Assembly: GCA_016178585.1 (NCBI GenBank)
Contig: JACOTA010000013.1
Location: 3,183-67,182 of the forward strand
Source: Nitrospirota bacterium
GTDB taxonomy: Bacteria; Nitrospirota; Nitrospiria; JACQBW01
Reading direction: 5' to 3'
DNA length: 64,000 nucleotides
Made by a program: the position numbers and the translations under genes. Below, piece after piece: positions 22,633-32,320 of the stretch. The notes under the pieces were generated by a model, which made no database searches, was not told the origin of the DNA, and worked only from the letters and a program-made list of their open reading frames with translations. Position 1 is the first letter of the stretch. Each line of letters begins with the position of its first letter.

Positions 22633-24528
22633 TTCTTCTATGACTTGAAAAAATTTTTCTTTCTCCCGATAAAGTTCGGGATCGGCCAGCATCGCGGTTA
22701 ATTCCTCAATCCGTTTGTTCTTCTGGTCCAAAACCTTTTCCAGCTCTGCCATCTGGTTTTTTTTGGAATGGTTTTTTTGAAACCGATTATTTCTTAATTC
22801 GGCTTCCAGCCGTTTCTCTTCTTTGGTTTTTCGGGAAGACCGGTTCGCGTTGTCGCCGGTTTTAAGCATCGCCCCCGGTTCTCTTATTCCGGGCGAAGCC
22901 TCGCCCACGCCATTTTGACCGGCGGCCTGAAGTTCTTTTTTGTGGAGGTAATAATCATAATCTCCAACAAAGACCTCCACCTTTCCATTAGAAACTTCTA
23001 TGATTTTGTTCGCGACGGCCCGGATCAGGTGCCGATCATGGGTAATAAGGCAATAAGTTCCTGAATATTCTTTTAAGGATTCTTCAAGGACATTCATCGA
23101 TTGAATGTCAAGATGATTGGTTGGCTCATCCAAAAGCAAAAAGTTAGCAGGTTTCACCAGCATTTTGGCTAAAGCCAAACGGCTTTTTTCACCACCGCTT
23201 AAAACGGAAACTTTTTTGAAAACATCATCGCCAGTAAATAAAAACGATCCTAAAATCCCCCGCAAAAATGACACCGGTTCCATCGGGGCCACCGTGAGTA
23301 TTTCTTCCAAAATTTGGTTTTTTGGGTTTAAAAGTTCCAGCTGATGCTGGGCATAATAAGCGGTCTGGACATGGTGGCCTAACACCCGCTCTCCTTTTTG
23401 AAACGGCGTCGCCCCGGCCAAAAGCTTTAAAAGCGTCGATTTTCCCGCGCCGTTTGGACCCACAAATGCCACTTTGTCTCCTCGTTGAAGCGTTAAATTA
23501 AGACAGGGATAAATAACATTTTGGTCATACCGCTTTTCAATGTCTTTTAATTCAATGACCACTTCTCCCGACCGAATCGGTTGAGGAAATTTAAATCTCA
23601 CCTTCTTTCGTTCAGAGGCAAGCTCGATCTTGTCCATTTTTTCAAGCATTTTAACCCGGCTTTGAACCTGGCTTGCCTTACTTGCCTTTGCGCGAAACCG
23701 CTCTATAAATTTTTCAGTATCCTCTATCTTTTTTTGCTGGTTTTGATAGGCCGAAAGAAGGATCTCCTTGGCCAGCGCCTTTGCCTTTTCATACTGGTCG
23801 TAATTTCCGGTATATTCGGTGAGTTTTTTTTGATCGGCCTCAACGACTTTTGTCACAAGATTGTTCATGAAATTCCGGTCATGGGAGATTAACACGATCG
23901 AACCCTCATATTTCCTTAGGAAACCTTCAAGCCAGAGGACCGATTCCAGATCCAAATGGTTGGTCGGTTCGTCCAAAAGAAGCAGATCAGGGCCCGAAAG
24001 CAAAAGTTTAGCCAGGGCCAGCCGCATCAGCCACCCTCCGCTGAATTCCTCGGTCTTTCGATTTAAATCTCGTTCTTTAAAACTTAAACCAAATAAAATC
24101 TTCTTCGCTTCCGTCTCTAAATTGTAGCCCCCCATATTTTCAAACCTGGTTTGAAGCTCGCCATAATATTGAATTAATTTTTCAAGCTCGTCAGGGTTCG
24201 TTGTTTCTGAAATTTCTGTTTCTAAAACTTTAAGGTGGTGCTCCAAATTTTGTGCATCGCTCGAAACCGTTAACAACTCTTCCAGGACGGTTTTTCCCTT
24301 GAAATAAGTGATGTCCTGGGGAAGATATCCAATGACCGCTTTTTTGTTTCTAACGATGGTCCCGGAGTCAGGCGGTATCATCTCGGCAATCATCAGCATT
24401 AAGGTAGACTTGCCTGCTCCGTTAGGACCAATTAAAGCAATTTTATCCTGCGGCCCTATCCGGAAAGAAATATCGGCAAAAAGGGTTCTACTACCAAAAC
24501 TTTTACAAATATTATTAAGTGAAATCAA
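22618..24528 (-). CDS. ABC-F family ATP-binding protein (C-terminus ends inside R3)
   Basis: Two GPNGAGKST Walker A motifs, two [11 protein letters not shown] motifs, no TM segments. Confidence 0.93.
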   Translation of the reverse strand: MISLNNICKSFGSRTLFADISFRIGPQDKIALIGPNGAGKSTLMLMIAEMIPPDSGTIVRNKKAVIGYLPQDITYFKGKTVLEELLTVSSDAQNLEHHLKVLETEISETTNPDELEKLIQYYGELQTRFENMGGYNLETEAKKILFGLSFKERDLNRKTEEFSGGWLMRLALAKLLLSGPDLLLLDEPTNHLDLESVLWLEGFLRKYEGSIVLISHDRNFMNNLVTKVVEADQKKLTEYTGNYDQYEKAKALAKEILLSAYQNQQKKIEDTEKFIERFRAKASKASQVQSRVKMLEKMDKIELASERKKVRFKFPQPIRSGEVVIELKDIEKRYDQNVIYPCLNLTLQRGDKVAFVGPNGAGKSTLLKLLAGATPFQKGERVLGHHVQTAYYAQHQLELLNPKNQILEEILTVAPMEPVSFLRGILGSFLFTGDDVFKKVSVLSGGEKSRLALAKMLVKPANFLLLDEPTNHLDIQSMNVLEESLKEYSGTYCLITHDRHLIRAVANKIIEVSNGKVEVFVGDYDYYLHKKELQAAGQNGVGEASPGIREPGAMLKTGDNANRSSRKTKEEKRLEAELRNNRFQKNHSKKNQMAELEKVLDQKNKRIEELTAMLADPELYREKEKFFQVIEEQEQS

Positions 24529-24703
24529 TTACGTACTCCATTTTTTTCCGCTGTTTATCAGATATCCCGTCCTTTTAAAAATCACCTTTTCTGCGAAAAG
24601 GCAGGCAAATTATCTTTTTCGTTAACAGGGTCCTTCTTAAACATCATGATTTTAATAAATGGTATTCTTTTTTGTTAAGCGACGGTTTATGACATGTATC
24701 AAG

Positions 24704-24842
24704 CCCAAGAACAGAGTTAGAAAGCTGTCATTGCGAACAAAGTGAAGCAATCTCAAGACTTTACGATAAGATTGCCACGCACCCTTCGGTGCTCGCAATG
24801 ACATGATTAATAAGTGGGTGCGAAGTCTATCGCTGGTCTTGG
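24704..24842 (+). mobile_element. MITE-like repeat R3, copy B
   Basis: CCCAAGAAC...GGTCTTGG ends; interior identical to the other two copies. Confidence 0.75.
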
Positions 24843-24876
24843 CAACAACCAACCCACAGAAAGAAATTAGGATTCC

Positions 24877-25221
24877 TTGATGGAAAGCAAACCGATTTCA
24901 ACAGAGACAGACCTGCGCTGGGGAACCCGAATCCCCTTCAACCAGGAAGTGCTCGTCAACTATAAAACGTTTGGATTGATAAAGGATATCAGCATTTCCG
25001 GATGTTTTATCGAAATCAAAAAAATTTTTGGTTTGGGCCAGGATGTCGTTCTTCGTTTTAATCTTATTTCCTCGCGGAAAACTTTCATACAAACCAAAGC
25101 CAGGGTGGTCAGTATCCGACCGGGTCAGGGAATTGGTGTTAAATTTTCTTTCGATGGCGAGGAATTTCCCAAAATCATTCAACAATTTATCGACCAAATT
25201 CTTAACGACAAAAAAACATAA
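24877..25221 (+). CDS. PilZ domain protein
   Basis: RWGTRIP (RxxxR), DISISG and GIGVKF motifs. Confidence 0.85.
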   Translation: MMESKPISTETDLRWGTRIPFNQEVLVNYKTFGLIKDISISGCFIEIKKIFGLGQDVVLRFNLISSRKTFIQTKARVVSIRPGQGIGVKFSFDGEEFPKIIQQFIDQILNDKKT

Positions 25222-25273
25222 CCCCCTTTAATCAACTCTTTTCATCCAACCGCAAATATGCTATTTTCTGGTT

Positions 25274-26341
25274 ATGGCTGGAAATAGTTTTGGAACACAC
25301 TTTAAGATAACCACCTTCGGGGAGAGTCATGGCGCAGGTTTGGGCGTGATCCTGGACGGATGTCCCGCGGGAATCGGCGTCGATCCTGCTGATATTCAAA
25401 AGGAATTAGATCGCCGCAAACCTGGCCAAAGCCTCATGACGACACAAAGACAGGAATCGGATAAGGTCCAAATCCTCAGCGGGGTTTTTGAGGGGAAAAC
25501 AACCGGCACCCCGATTGCCATGGTCATTTACAATGAAGACCAGAAATCCAAAGATTACACCGCCATAAAGGACCTTTTTCGTCCGGGACATGCGGATTTC
25601 ACCTACCAGAAAAAATATGGAATAAGAGATTACCGGGGTGGCGGTCGGTCTTCGGCGAGAGAAACCGTTGCCAGGGTTGCCTCAGGCGCAATCGCAAAAA
25701 TAATGCTTGCCTCCGCCGGAATTAAAATTATCGGTTACCTCAAGCAGTTAGGGCCGGTAAAAATCAATAAAATTGAATACGATCAAATTAACCGGAACCC
25801 ATTTTTTTGTCCGGATGCTGAAACAGCCAAAGAAATGGCCCGCTATCTCGAAAAGATCAAAGCCGAAAAAGACTCGATTGGAGCGTTAGTTGAGGTCATC
25901 GCAACGGGAGTCTCCCCTGGGTTGGGAGAACCGGTTTTTGATAAGCTCGACGCTGATCTGGCCAAAGCCATGATGTCGATTAACGCGGTTAAAGGAGTTG
26001 AAATTGGGGATGGATTCCGAGTGGTCGAGCTTAAAGGGAGTGAAAATTGCGACCCGATCACGCCCAAGGGATTTAAAACCAATCATGCCGGCGGGATCCT
26101 CGGAGGAATTTCCAATGGCGATACGGTGATTGTCCGCCTGGCGTTAAAACCCACCTCTTCGATCGCCCGGGAGCAGGATACCATTGACCTGAATAACAGC
26201 CCTGCTAAAATCTCCACCAGGGGCCGCCATGACCCGTGCGTGGGAATCCGGGCGGTACCCATTGCCGAGGCCATGATGGCCTTAACGCTTGCCGACCATT
26301 GGTTAAGAGCCAAGCTCTCCCGAATCGATCAACTCCTTTAA
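25274..26341 (+). CDS. aroC: Chorismate synthase
   Basis: [20 protein letters not shown] and RHDPC motifs. Confidence 0.97.
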   Translation: MAGNSFGTHFKITTFGESHGAGLGVILDGCPAGIGVDPADIQKELDRRKPGQSLMTTQRQESDKVQILSGVFEGKTTGTPIAMVIYNEDQKSKDYTAIKDLFRPGHADFTYQKKYGIRDYRGGGRSSARETVARVASGAIAKIMLASAGIKIIGYLKQLGPVKINKIEYDQINRNPFFCPDAETAKEMARYLEKIKAEKDSIGALVEVIATGVSPGLGEPVFDKLDADLAKAMMSINAVKGVEIGDGFRVVELKGSENCDPITPKGFKTNHAGGILGGISNGDTVIVRLALKPTSSIAREQDTIDLNNSPAKISTRGRHDPCVGIRAVPIAEAMMALTLADHWLRAKLSRIDQLL

Positions 26342-26367
26342 AGGAATTCTTCATTCCCAGGTAATCC

Positions 26368-27492
26368 TTAAATACTATCAATTTTTTGGCCGTAACGTTT
26401 TATCTGCCATTGGCGCAAAAGACCCGACTCGGATAGTCGTTCAGGACTATGGATATCCCGGGAGGTAATTGATCTCAAAACATCCGTCGAAATAATCATG
26501 GCCGGCTCCACACCCTCTTCGACCGCCTGCGCATCCCGCCATTTCTTTAACTCGGTAAATCGCTTTTCCTGGGCAGGGGTCGGAGGCGCTCCTCCTTTTT
26601 TAACTTTTAAAGGAAGGGGTTCATGGCTTTTTTCTCCGAGCGAAAGGGTTTTGAGCCAAAAAACGGGGTTTCGAAAAACGGAAGCGGTTTGTCTGGGAAA
26701 AAGAACCTTAAGCTCTTCAAGGGAATGCGGAGGTTGTTTGGCTAAAAGAAATAAATCCTCATTCGAAATAACCTTAAAGGGGGGACGGTCTAAATCTTTA
26801 GCCTGTTGTTCCCGTGCGATAACCAGTTCCCTTAAAATTTTTTGAGAACCCTCGGGTAAATTTTTTGCTCCCTTAATTTTAAAATATTTTTCAGACGAAA
26901 ATTCCTTCTCTTCCCAAACCCTCTCCTGTAACAGAAAACATTCCTCCTGGATTTGGTCTTGCCTCCCCTTTTTTTCCACTTCCGCAACAAGCCGTTCGTA
27001 TAACCCCGCAAGAAACGAAGTATCTTTATAGGCGTATTCGAGCTGGTCCGTTGAAATGGGGCGTTTTGACCAGTTGGCTTTCTGATGGGTTTTCACAAGT
27101 GCGATATTAAAATAAAGGGAGACCAGGTTTTGAAGAGAAAAGGCCTTAATTCCAACCGCACGGGCCGCCAGGACCGTGTCAAAAATCGTTAATATCGTGA
27201 AACCAAAGTCGCGTTTAAGCGAAATCAAATCATACTCGGCCCCATGAAAAATTTTGACGATCTTTTCGTTCTTGAACAACGACGAAAGCGGTTCTATCGT
27301 ATCGAGGAGAAGCGGATCAAAGATAAAATTTTCTTCTCCGCCGGAGATTTGAACAAGGCAAACTTTGTCCTGATAATGATAAAGAGAATCTCCTTCGATA
27401 TCGACCCCGATCACAGGGTGGGAAGAAAGACGCAAAATCGCTTCATCCCGCTCTTCGGGAAGCGTAATATAACGGTAAGGCAAGGCTGTCAT
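26368..27492 (-). CDS. rnd: Ribonuclease D (3'-5' exonuclease plus HRDC)
   Basis: VDIE, CLVQIS, FHGAEYD, FDT and NWSKRP...YAYKD motifs. Confidence 0.88.
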   Translation of the reverse strand: MTALPYRYITLPEERDEAILRLSSHPVIGVDIEGDSLYHYQDKVCLVQISGGEENFIFDPLLLDTIEPLSSLFKNEKIVKIFHGAEYDLISLKRDFGFTILTIFDTVLAARAVGIKAFSLQNLVSLYFNIALVKTHQKANWSKRPISTDQLEYAYKDTSFLAGLYERLVAEVEKKGRQDQIQEECFLLQERVWEEKEFSSEKYFKIKGAKNLPEGSQKILRELVIAREQQAKDLDRPPFKVISNEDLFLLAKQPPHSLEELKVLFPRQTASVFRNPVFWLKTLSLGEKSHEPLPLKVKKGGAPPTPAQEKRFTELKKWRDAQAVEEGVEPAMIISTDVLRSITSRDIHSPERLSESGLLRQWQIKRYGQKIDSI

Positions 27493-27669
27493 TTTTTCAT
27501 TTTATCACGAAATATCAATCACATGTGCAAAAAATAAGATTGTCTATTTTTTTAAAATGAGGGGTTTACCTCAACACTTTTTCCATGCTATTATCCTCTT
27601 AAGATTATTTTAAATCCGCCGATTAAATTTTAAAGGTTTAATTTTCATTTAATTCAGTAAGGAGAAAAA

Positions 27670-28269
27670 ATGCCGACACAAGCACAATACAAGGTTGTCC
27701 ATGGTCCGGAGGGGATTCTTCCTCCCGCCGCCGCGTACATGGGAGTTCTTCTCCCTGAAGAAGGAGAAGGATTGCTCGAAGGAGCGATTGTTAGCGAAGA
27801 TAAGGCAATGGAAGCCGCCGCTATCGCCATGTTAACCCGGAAAAATCCAACGCTTTTTCCCGGTCCGCTGGTTGTCTGGGGATGGACTTCTCATACCAAT
27901 GAAAAAGCAAAGGTGGTTTTAGAAATCGCTCATGAAATTCCAGGGGTCCGGATTATCCCGATGCCCGATTATCGCCCCATTTATCCAAAGATCGATCCTG
28001 AAGCGGTGATTAATCCCTGCCATCCGAACCTGACCATCTGGCATAATAAGATTCAAGCCTGTGTTTTCATCGGCGTTCATTGCCATTATGCCAATGTGAC
28101 CCTTAAGATCATTCGCGGCGGAACCAATTGTTACACCATCGCTCTCTGTGCGGAAGCAGGGCATGAAGACGCGATGTCCTCCGTCCCCAATTGCGATATA
28201 GACAAATTAGTTAAATTCCGTGATACCTTAAGGCGGGTTAAAAAGAATGGTGTAAAACCTTTTATATGA
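27670..28269 (+). CDS. OFOR epsilon-type subunit ('CO dehydrogenase beta subunit family'); likely extends to 28405 through a frameshift
   Basis: PMPDYRP-YPKIDP, HPNLTIWHNKI, GVHCHYAN and GHEDA motifs. Confidence 0.8.
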   Translation: MPTQAQYKVVHGPEGILPPAAAYMGVLLPEEGEGLLEGAIVSEDKAMEAAAIAMLTRKNPTLFPGPLVVWGWTSHTNEKAKVVLEIAHEIPGVRIIPMPDYRPIYPKIDPEAVINPCHPNLTIWHNKIQACVFIGVHCHYANVTLKIIRGGTNCYTIALCAEAGHEDAMSSVPNCDIDKLVKFRDTLRRVKKNGVKPFI

Positions 28270-28421
28270 AGGAAAAGGGATTATCCCCTCCTCTGCCTAT
28301 CAAAAAGCGCGATTGACGGGTGAAGATTATAACCCTGCAGTTGAAGACCATGCGCCTGGGTTCGCCCATGATCTTGAAAAAGGGTTGGACGAAAACGAAG
28401 AATAAATATAAATAAGAAGAT

Positions 28422-28454
28422 AAAAAAAGGGGAGGCCAAAAGCCTCCCTTTTTT
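28422..28454. terminator. Bidirectional rho-independent terminator
   Basis: A7-GGGGAGGC CAAAA GCCTCCC-T6. Confidence 0.85.
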
Positions 28455-28457
28455 ATT

Positions 28458-28477
28458 GTGCGCCCGGCAGGGCGCAC
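28458..28477 (+). mobile_element. 5' stub of a group IIC intron
   Basis: GTGCGCCCGGCAGGGCGCAC begins 3 nt after the terminator T-tract. Confidence 0.6.
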
Positions 28478-28479
28478 AA

Positions 28480-28806
28480 TTTAAAAACTTGAAATCACAG
28501 ATTGTGACTTCAAGTTGGGGTGGACTGCGCCGGGCCGCCCCCTACGCCTTCACTGAGCAAGGCGTGGCTATGCTTTCAAGTGTATTGCACAGCGAGCGCG
28601 CGATTCAGGTGAATATCGCCATCATGCGGACTTTTGTCCGCCTTAAAGAAATGATAACCACCCACAAAGACCTGGCCCGCAAGCTCGATGCGCTTGAGAA
28701 GAAATATGACCAACAGTTTGCGGTAGTTTTCGAGGCTATCCGGCAATTAATGACACCTTCAAAGAGCAAATTAACTCCTATCGGGTTTCGGACGAAGAAA
28801 AAATGA
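28480..28806 (+). pseudogene. N-terminally truncated ORF6N-domain DNA-binding protein
   Basis: [31 protein letters not shown]...IGF; the N-terminal half is absent. Confidence 0.8.
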
Positions 28807-28876
28807 AACTCTTTTTCTCGCTGAATGTCAGGGAAGGAAAATCGGTTTATTTCGGTTTAAATCCGAGAGAAAAAAC

Positions 28877-29146
28877 ATGAAAATCAATAAGCGCATTGTA
28901 TCCTTTTTGCTTTTTATCGCTATTCTTTGTTCGGTTCCGGCTTGGGCTGGACAGGGATGGTATCTGATGTACCCACCTTTAAAATCACAAGACCCTGATA
29001 GCTATTTATTTTATCAATTTGATTCTGAAGCCCCTCTAACAAAGTGGGAACATGTTGAGTCATTTGAGCGTGTTGAAGATTGTAAGCGTTATAAAGGTTC
29101 CGATATGGATATGGTAAACCATGAAATTGATTGCTTCATGGCATAG
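28877..29146 (+). CDS. Secreted hypothetical protein (possibly truncated)
   Basis: Signal peptide ending in AWA, followed by GQGWYLMYPP. Confidence 0.6.
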   Translation: MKINKRIVSFLLFIAILCSVPAWAGQGWYLMYPPLKSQDPDSYLFYQFDSEAPLTKWEHVESFERVEDCKRYKGSDMDMVNHEIDCFMA

Positions 29147-29243
29147 GAAACGCAGGGCAAGGATGGTATTTGATGGAGCCACCGATAGGGTCTGGCACAA
29201 CTCCGGAGGGAGGTACTATTTACTTCAGATTGAATAGTTGGAT

Positions 29244-29592
29244 GACTTCCCCCTGGGTGTTCCCCGGAGTAAAACCCTCAATGCGGAGGGATGCTCAGAA
29301 TTTCTACAATCGGGTTTTCATTCCGGCTCTGGAGGGGGACGAAGCCAAGAAGGAGGCCAAAATTGAGGGAGTCGTGTGGCACTCACTCAGGCATACATTC
29401 GCTAGCCGGTTAGTCATGGCAGGGGTGGATTTAAGGACGGTCCAGGAGTTAATGGGACACAAGACGATAGAAATGACCCTGAGATATTCCCATTTAAGTC
29501 AAAGCCATCTAAACGAGGCAGTTTTAAGACTGGACCAAAAGAAGGTTCAGGAGCCGAAACCGGAGCAAACTCCAGTTCCAACCGCCACCTAA
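29244..29592 (+). pseudogene. C-terminal fragment of a tyrosine recombinase/integrase
   Basis: HSLRHTFAS...LMGH...TLRY catalytic motifs; the N-terminal part is missing; adjacent to a tRNA 3' end. Left boundary is approximate. Confidence 0.85.
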
Positions 29593-29651
29593 ACCGCCAC
29601 CTGGTAAAAGAGGGAGATATTAAAAACACTCTAACCTATTGAAAAATAAAG

Positions 29652-29725
29652 TGCGCCTGGAGGGAATTGAACCCCCGACCTACAGATTCGGAATCTGCCA
29701 CTCTATCCAACTGAGCTACAGGCGC
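29652..29725 (-). tRNA. tRNA-Arg(CCG)
   Basis: GCGCCTGTAGCTCAGTTGGATAGAGTGGCAGATT-CCG-AATCTGTAGGTCGGGGGTTCAATTCCCTCCAGGCGCA cloverleaf; CCA not encoded. Confidence 0.95.
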
Positions 29726-29843
29726 ATTCAAGAAAAGTCATTTTAACAAAACTAATCCAGAAACTCTAATACCTTCAAAAACAATAAATCAAAACCTTAT
29801 CGACATTGCGGAACCATGTCGAGAGCAAGCTTGGTGACTCGCA

Positions 29844-29936
29844 CCAACTGAGCTACAGGCGCATTATAGAAAAGTCTATTTTAACAGAACGAATCGAAAA
29901 ACTCTAATGCCCTTAAAAACAATAAATAAAAACCTT
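29844..29936 (-). repeat. Diverged tandem duplicate of the tRNA 5' end and upstream region (29707-29798)
   Basis: 22 identical nt (CCAACTGAGCTACAGGCGCATT) followed by a similar AT-rich flank. Confidence 0.8.
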
Positions 29937-29958
29937 TTTAAAAAGTATTATAAAGGAT

Positions 29959-31167
29959 TTATTTGGGTTGGACAACCGCTTTGCTTCTCTGGCTTTTGAT
30001 TAAAAAGACGATGGCCATGATAAAGGCCAGACCCATAGTCAGCCCCGCGAAAATATAGGGGGTGTCGATTCCGTATCGGTCATAAACAAATCCGCCAGAC
30101 ATTGGACCCAATATTCGGGCCAGACTTCCCATCGCTTGCGAAACGCCCATTGTCGCTCCCACAAAATGAGGATCCGTATGTTGTGAAATCAAGCTCGTAA
30201 TTGAAGGATTGTTGATTCCCAGACCAAATGAAAGAACAACCAGTACAACAAGAAGATAATAAAGGTTGGGCGCGAAAGGGATCAAGATAAGCCCTAAAAT
30301 CATCATAAAAGTTCCGGCGACCACCAACCTTTTCTCGCCAAATTTTTTAACCAGATGACCGATTAGCCCCCCTTGCATAATCGCCATTAAAATTCCAATG
30401 AAGCCAAAAACATATCCCGTTTCGACCGAGCTGAAATGATATTTTTGTTCCGCGAAAAGGGCAAAAGTAGCTTCCAGGGTCGAAAAGGAAAAGGTGATGA
30501 TAAACATTAAGAAAACAAGAATGCCTAAAAGAGGAAATGAAAAAGTCTTTTTAATACTCTCGAGACTAAGACTCCTTTTCTCTCCAATCATTTCGGGTTT
30601 AAGGGTTTCCGGCAGGCTAAAAAGAGCAAAAAAGAAGTTGATGCCGCAAATAGCCGATGCTAAAAACGCCGGAATTCGGTAACCAAAGTGACTGAAATAC
30701 CCTCCAAACAGCGGTCCTAGAACAAATCCCAGACCAAATGCCGCTCCGATAAGACCCATCCCTTTCGCCCGGTTTGCCGCCGTCGTCGAATCGGAAATAT
30801 AAGCCTGGCTGGTCGATATATTGGCCGCAAAAATTCCCGCAAAAAACCTCGATATAAATAAAACCGCGAGAGAATCGGCAAGACCAAAAATAAGATAGGA
30901 AATGGAGGATCCAACCAGGCTCATTAGAATAATCGGTCTTCTCCCTTTCAGATCTGAAATGCGCCCCCAGATGGGCGAAAAAATTAACTGCATGAAAGAA
31001 TAGGAAGACATTAAAAGGCCTACCGTTAGCCCGGTCGCGCCATATTTTTCGGCATAAAAGGGTAATACGGGGATGACAATCCCGAATCCGAGGAGATCAA
31101 TAAAAACAGTAACGAAAATAATAACGAGTGGAGATTTTTTCAAGCGCCCGATTCCTTCCCTAACCAT
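29959..31167 (-). CDS. MFS transporter (TetA/DHA1-like)
   Basis: DLLGFGIVIPVLP, GRISDLKGRRP and GLGFVLGP motifs. Confidence 0.92.
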   Translation of the reverse strand: MVREGIGRLKKSPLVIIFVTVFIDLLGFGIVIPVLPFYAEKYGATGLTVGLLMSSYSFMQLIFSPIWGRISDLKGRRPIILMSLVGSSISYLIFGLADSLAVLFISRFFAGIFAANISTSQAYISDSTTAANRAKGMGLIGAAFGLGFVLGPLFGGYFSHFGYRIPAFLASAICGINFFFALFSLPETLKPEMIGEKRSLSLESIKKTFSFPLLGILVFLMFIITFSFSTLEATFALFAEQKYHFSSVETGYVFGFIGILMAIMQGGLIGHLVKKFGEKRLVVAGTFMMILGLILIPFAPNLYYLLVVLVVLSFGLGINNPSITSLISQHTDPHFVGATMGVSQAMGSLARILGPMSGGFVYDRYGIDTPYIFAGLTMGLAFIMAIVFLIKSQRSKAVVQPK

Positions 31168-31252
31168 TTTTTTATTGAGGTGAGCGATACATCCACAAAC
31201 GGTTAAATATAAGGTAATTCATGGGTAGAGTAAAGAAAATTGTGGAAACACC

Positions 31253-31281
31253 TTGATCTGATTTTGCGCCTGCCTTATGAT
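31253..31281 (+). promoter_or_regulatory. Putative sigma70 promoter of the radical SAM operon
   Basis: TTGATC-N17-TATGAT, 4 nt before R1 copy 4. Confidence 0.55.
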
Positions 31282-31285
31282 GTAA

Positions 31286-31395
31286 GTGAAGCATCTGGCT
31301 CTGCCAGTGACGGACTTGGGAATGGTCGTAGTGAGACCGAGCGTAACGCGGGGTTCGGGGGCATTGAGAGTGAAGTGCTCGAAGGCCTCCTGAAT
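31286..31395 (+). repeat. Repeat family R1, copy 4 (contains one 32-nt insert)
   Basis: GTGAAGCATCTGGCTCTGCCAGT[insert]GCGTAACGCGGGGTTCGGGGGCAT...GGCCTCCTGAAT. Confidence 0.9.
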
Positions 31396-31402
31396 ATAAT
31401 AA

Positions 31403-32275
31403 GTGAAGCAAAATCCTAACCTTTCTAAAGCCTTTTCCGACCATCGTCGCAGTTACGATCGTAACCGGCATGTTTATCCGGTTATTTCAAGGCGGTCAAA
31501 AGGGCTGTCGATAGGGATTAATCTTAACCCCGACAAGGTCTGTAACTTCGATTGTGTTTACTGCCAGGTTGACCGACGGGCTCCAGGTCATCCACCCCTG
31601 GTCGAAATTCCTCTCATCCTCCATGAGCTTAAGGAAATCCTTGAATCGGTCATGTCGGGTCAATTTTACCTGGACCCCCGGTTTAAGGATATTCCGCGTG
31701 ATCAGCTTATTTTAAGGGATATTGCTTTTTCCGGAGACGGAGAACCTTCCACCTTTCCGCTATTTTTAGAGTTAACCCAGGGAGTGATTTCGCTGAAAAA
31801 TGAATTAGGTCTTTTCGAACTCAAGGTCGTCGTGATTACCAATGCTTCAGGTCTGGGCCGTCTGGAGGTTCAAAAAGCCCTTGACTTATTGGATAATCAT
31901 CACGGGGAAATTTGGGCCAAACTTGACGCAGGGACGGAGGCTTACTTTCATAAAATTTGCCGGACACCGTTAGGTTTTCAAAAAATCTTGAATAATATTC
32001 AGTTTGCCGCCCAAAAAAGACCTATTGTGATTCAATCCTGTTTTATGAAAATCGATGGGAAAGGACCATCAGAAGATGAATTAGAGGCTTACGCAGAACA
32101 ATTCCGGCGAATTTTGGAGAACCATGGCAAGTTAAAGCTGATCCAGATCTACACCGTTGCGCGAGTTCCTGCCGAACCCTATGTCACCCCCCTGGAGGAC
32201 CATGAGCTTGATGAAATTGTCGAACGAATAAGATTAAAAATAAATGTGCCGTTGGAAGCTTTTTACCACGCTTAA
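31403..32275 (+). CDS. Radical SAM protein of unknown function
   Basis: CNFDCVYC (CxxxCxxC) and FSGDGEP motifs. Confidence 0.9.
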   Translation: MKQNPNLSKAFSDHRRSYDRNRHVYPVISRRSKGLSIGINLNPDKVCNFDCVYCQVDRRAPGHPPLVEIPLILHELKEILESVMSGQFYLDPRFKDIPRDQLILRDIAFSGDGEPSTFPLFLELTQGVISLKNELGLFELKVVVITNASGLGRLEVQKALDLLDNHHGEIWAKLDAGTEAYFHKICRTPLGFQKILNNIQFAAQKRPIVIQSCFMKIDGKGPSEDELEAYAEQFRRILENHGKLKLIQIYTVARVPAEPYVTPLEDHELDEIVERIRLKINVPLEAFYHA

Positions 32276-32320
32276 TAACTGGAAAACCCCGTCCATGGTT
32301 TAGAAATTGAGGAGTATTCA

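Noticed and set aside
24652..24852. ORFs spanning repeats (also 31172-31471 and 32822-33184)
   Set aside because: They are translations of palindromic elements or shadows of real genes.
28267..28269. Selenocysteine or readthrough at the epsilon TGA
   Set aside because: In-frame readthrough stops again after 17 codons; the protein-like continuation is in the +1 frame.
28458..28472. attL copy of the tRNA-Arg 3' end (GTGCGCCyGG)
   Set aside because: The match is short and imperfect; the hairpin form and post-terminator position fit a group IIC intron start better.
29131..29592. Intact integrase as called by the ORF track
   Set aside because: It is a chimera of a secreted-protein motif and only the catalytic C-terminal part.
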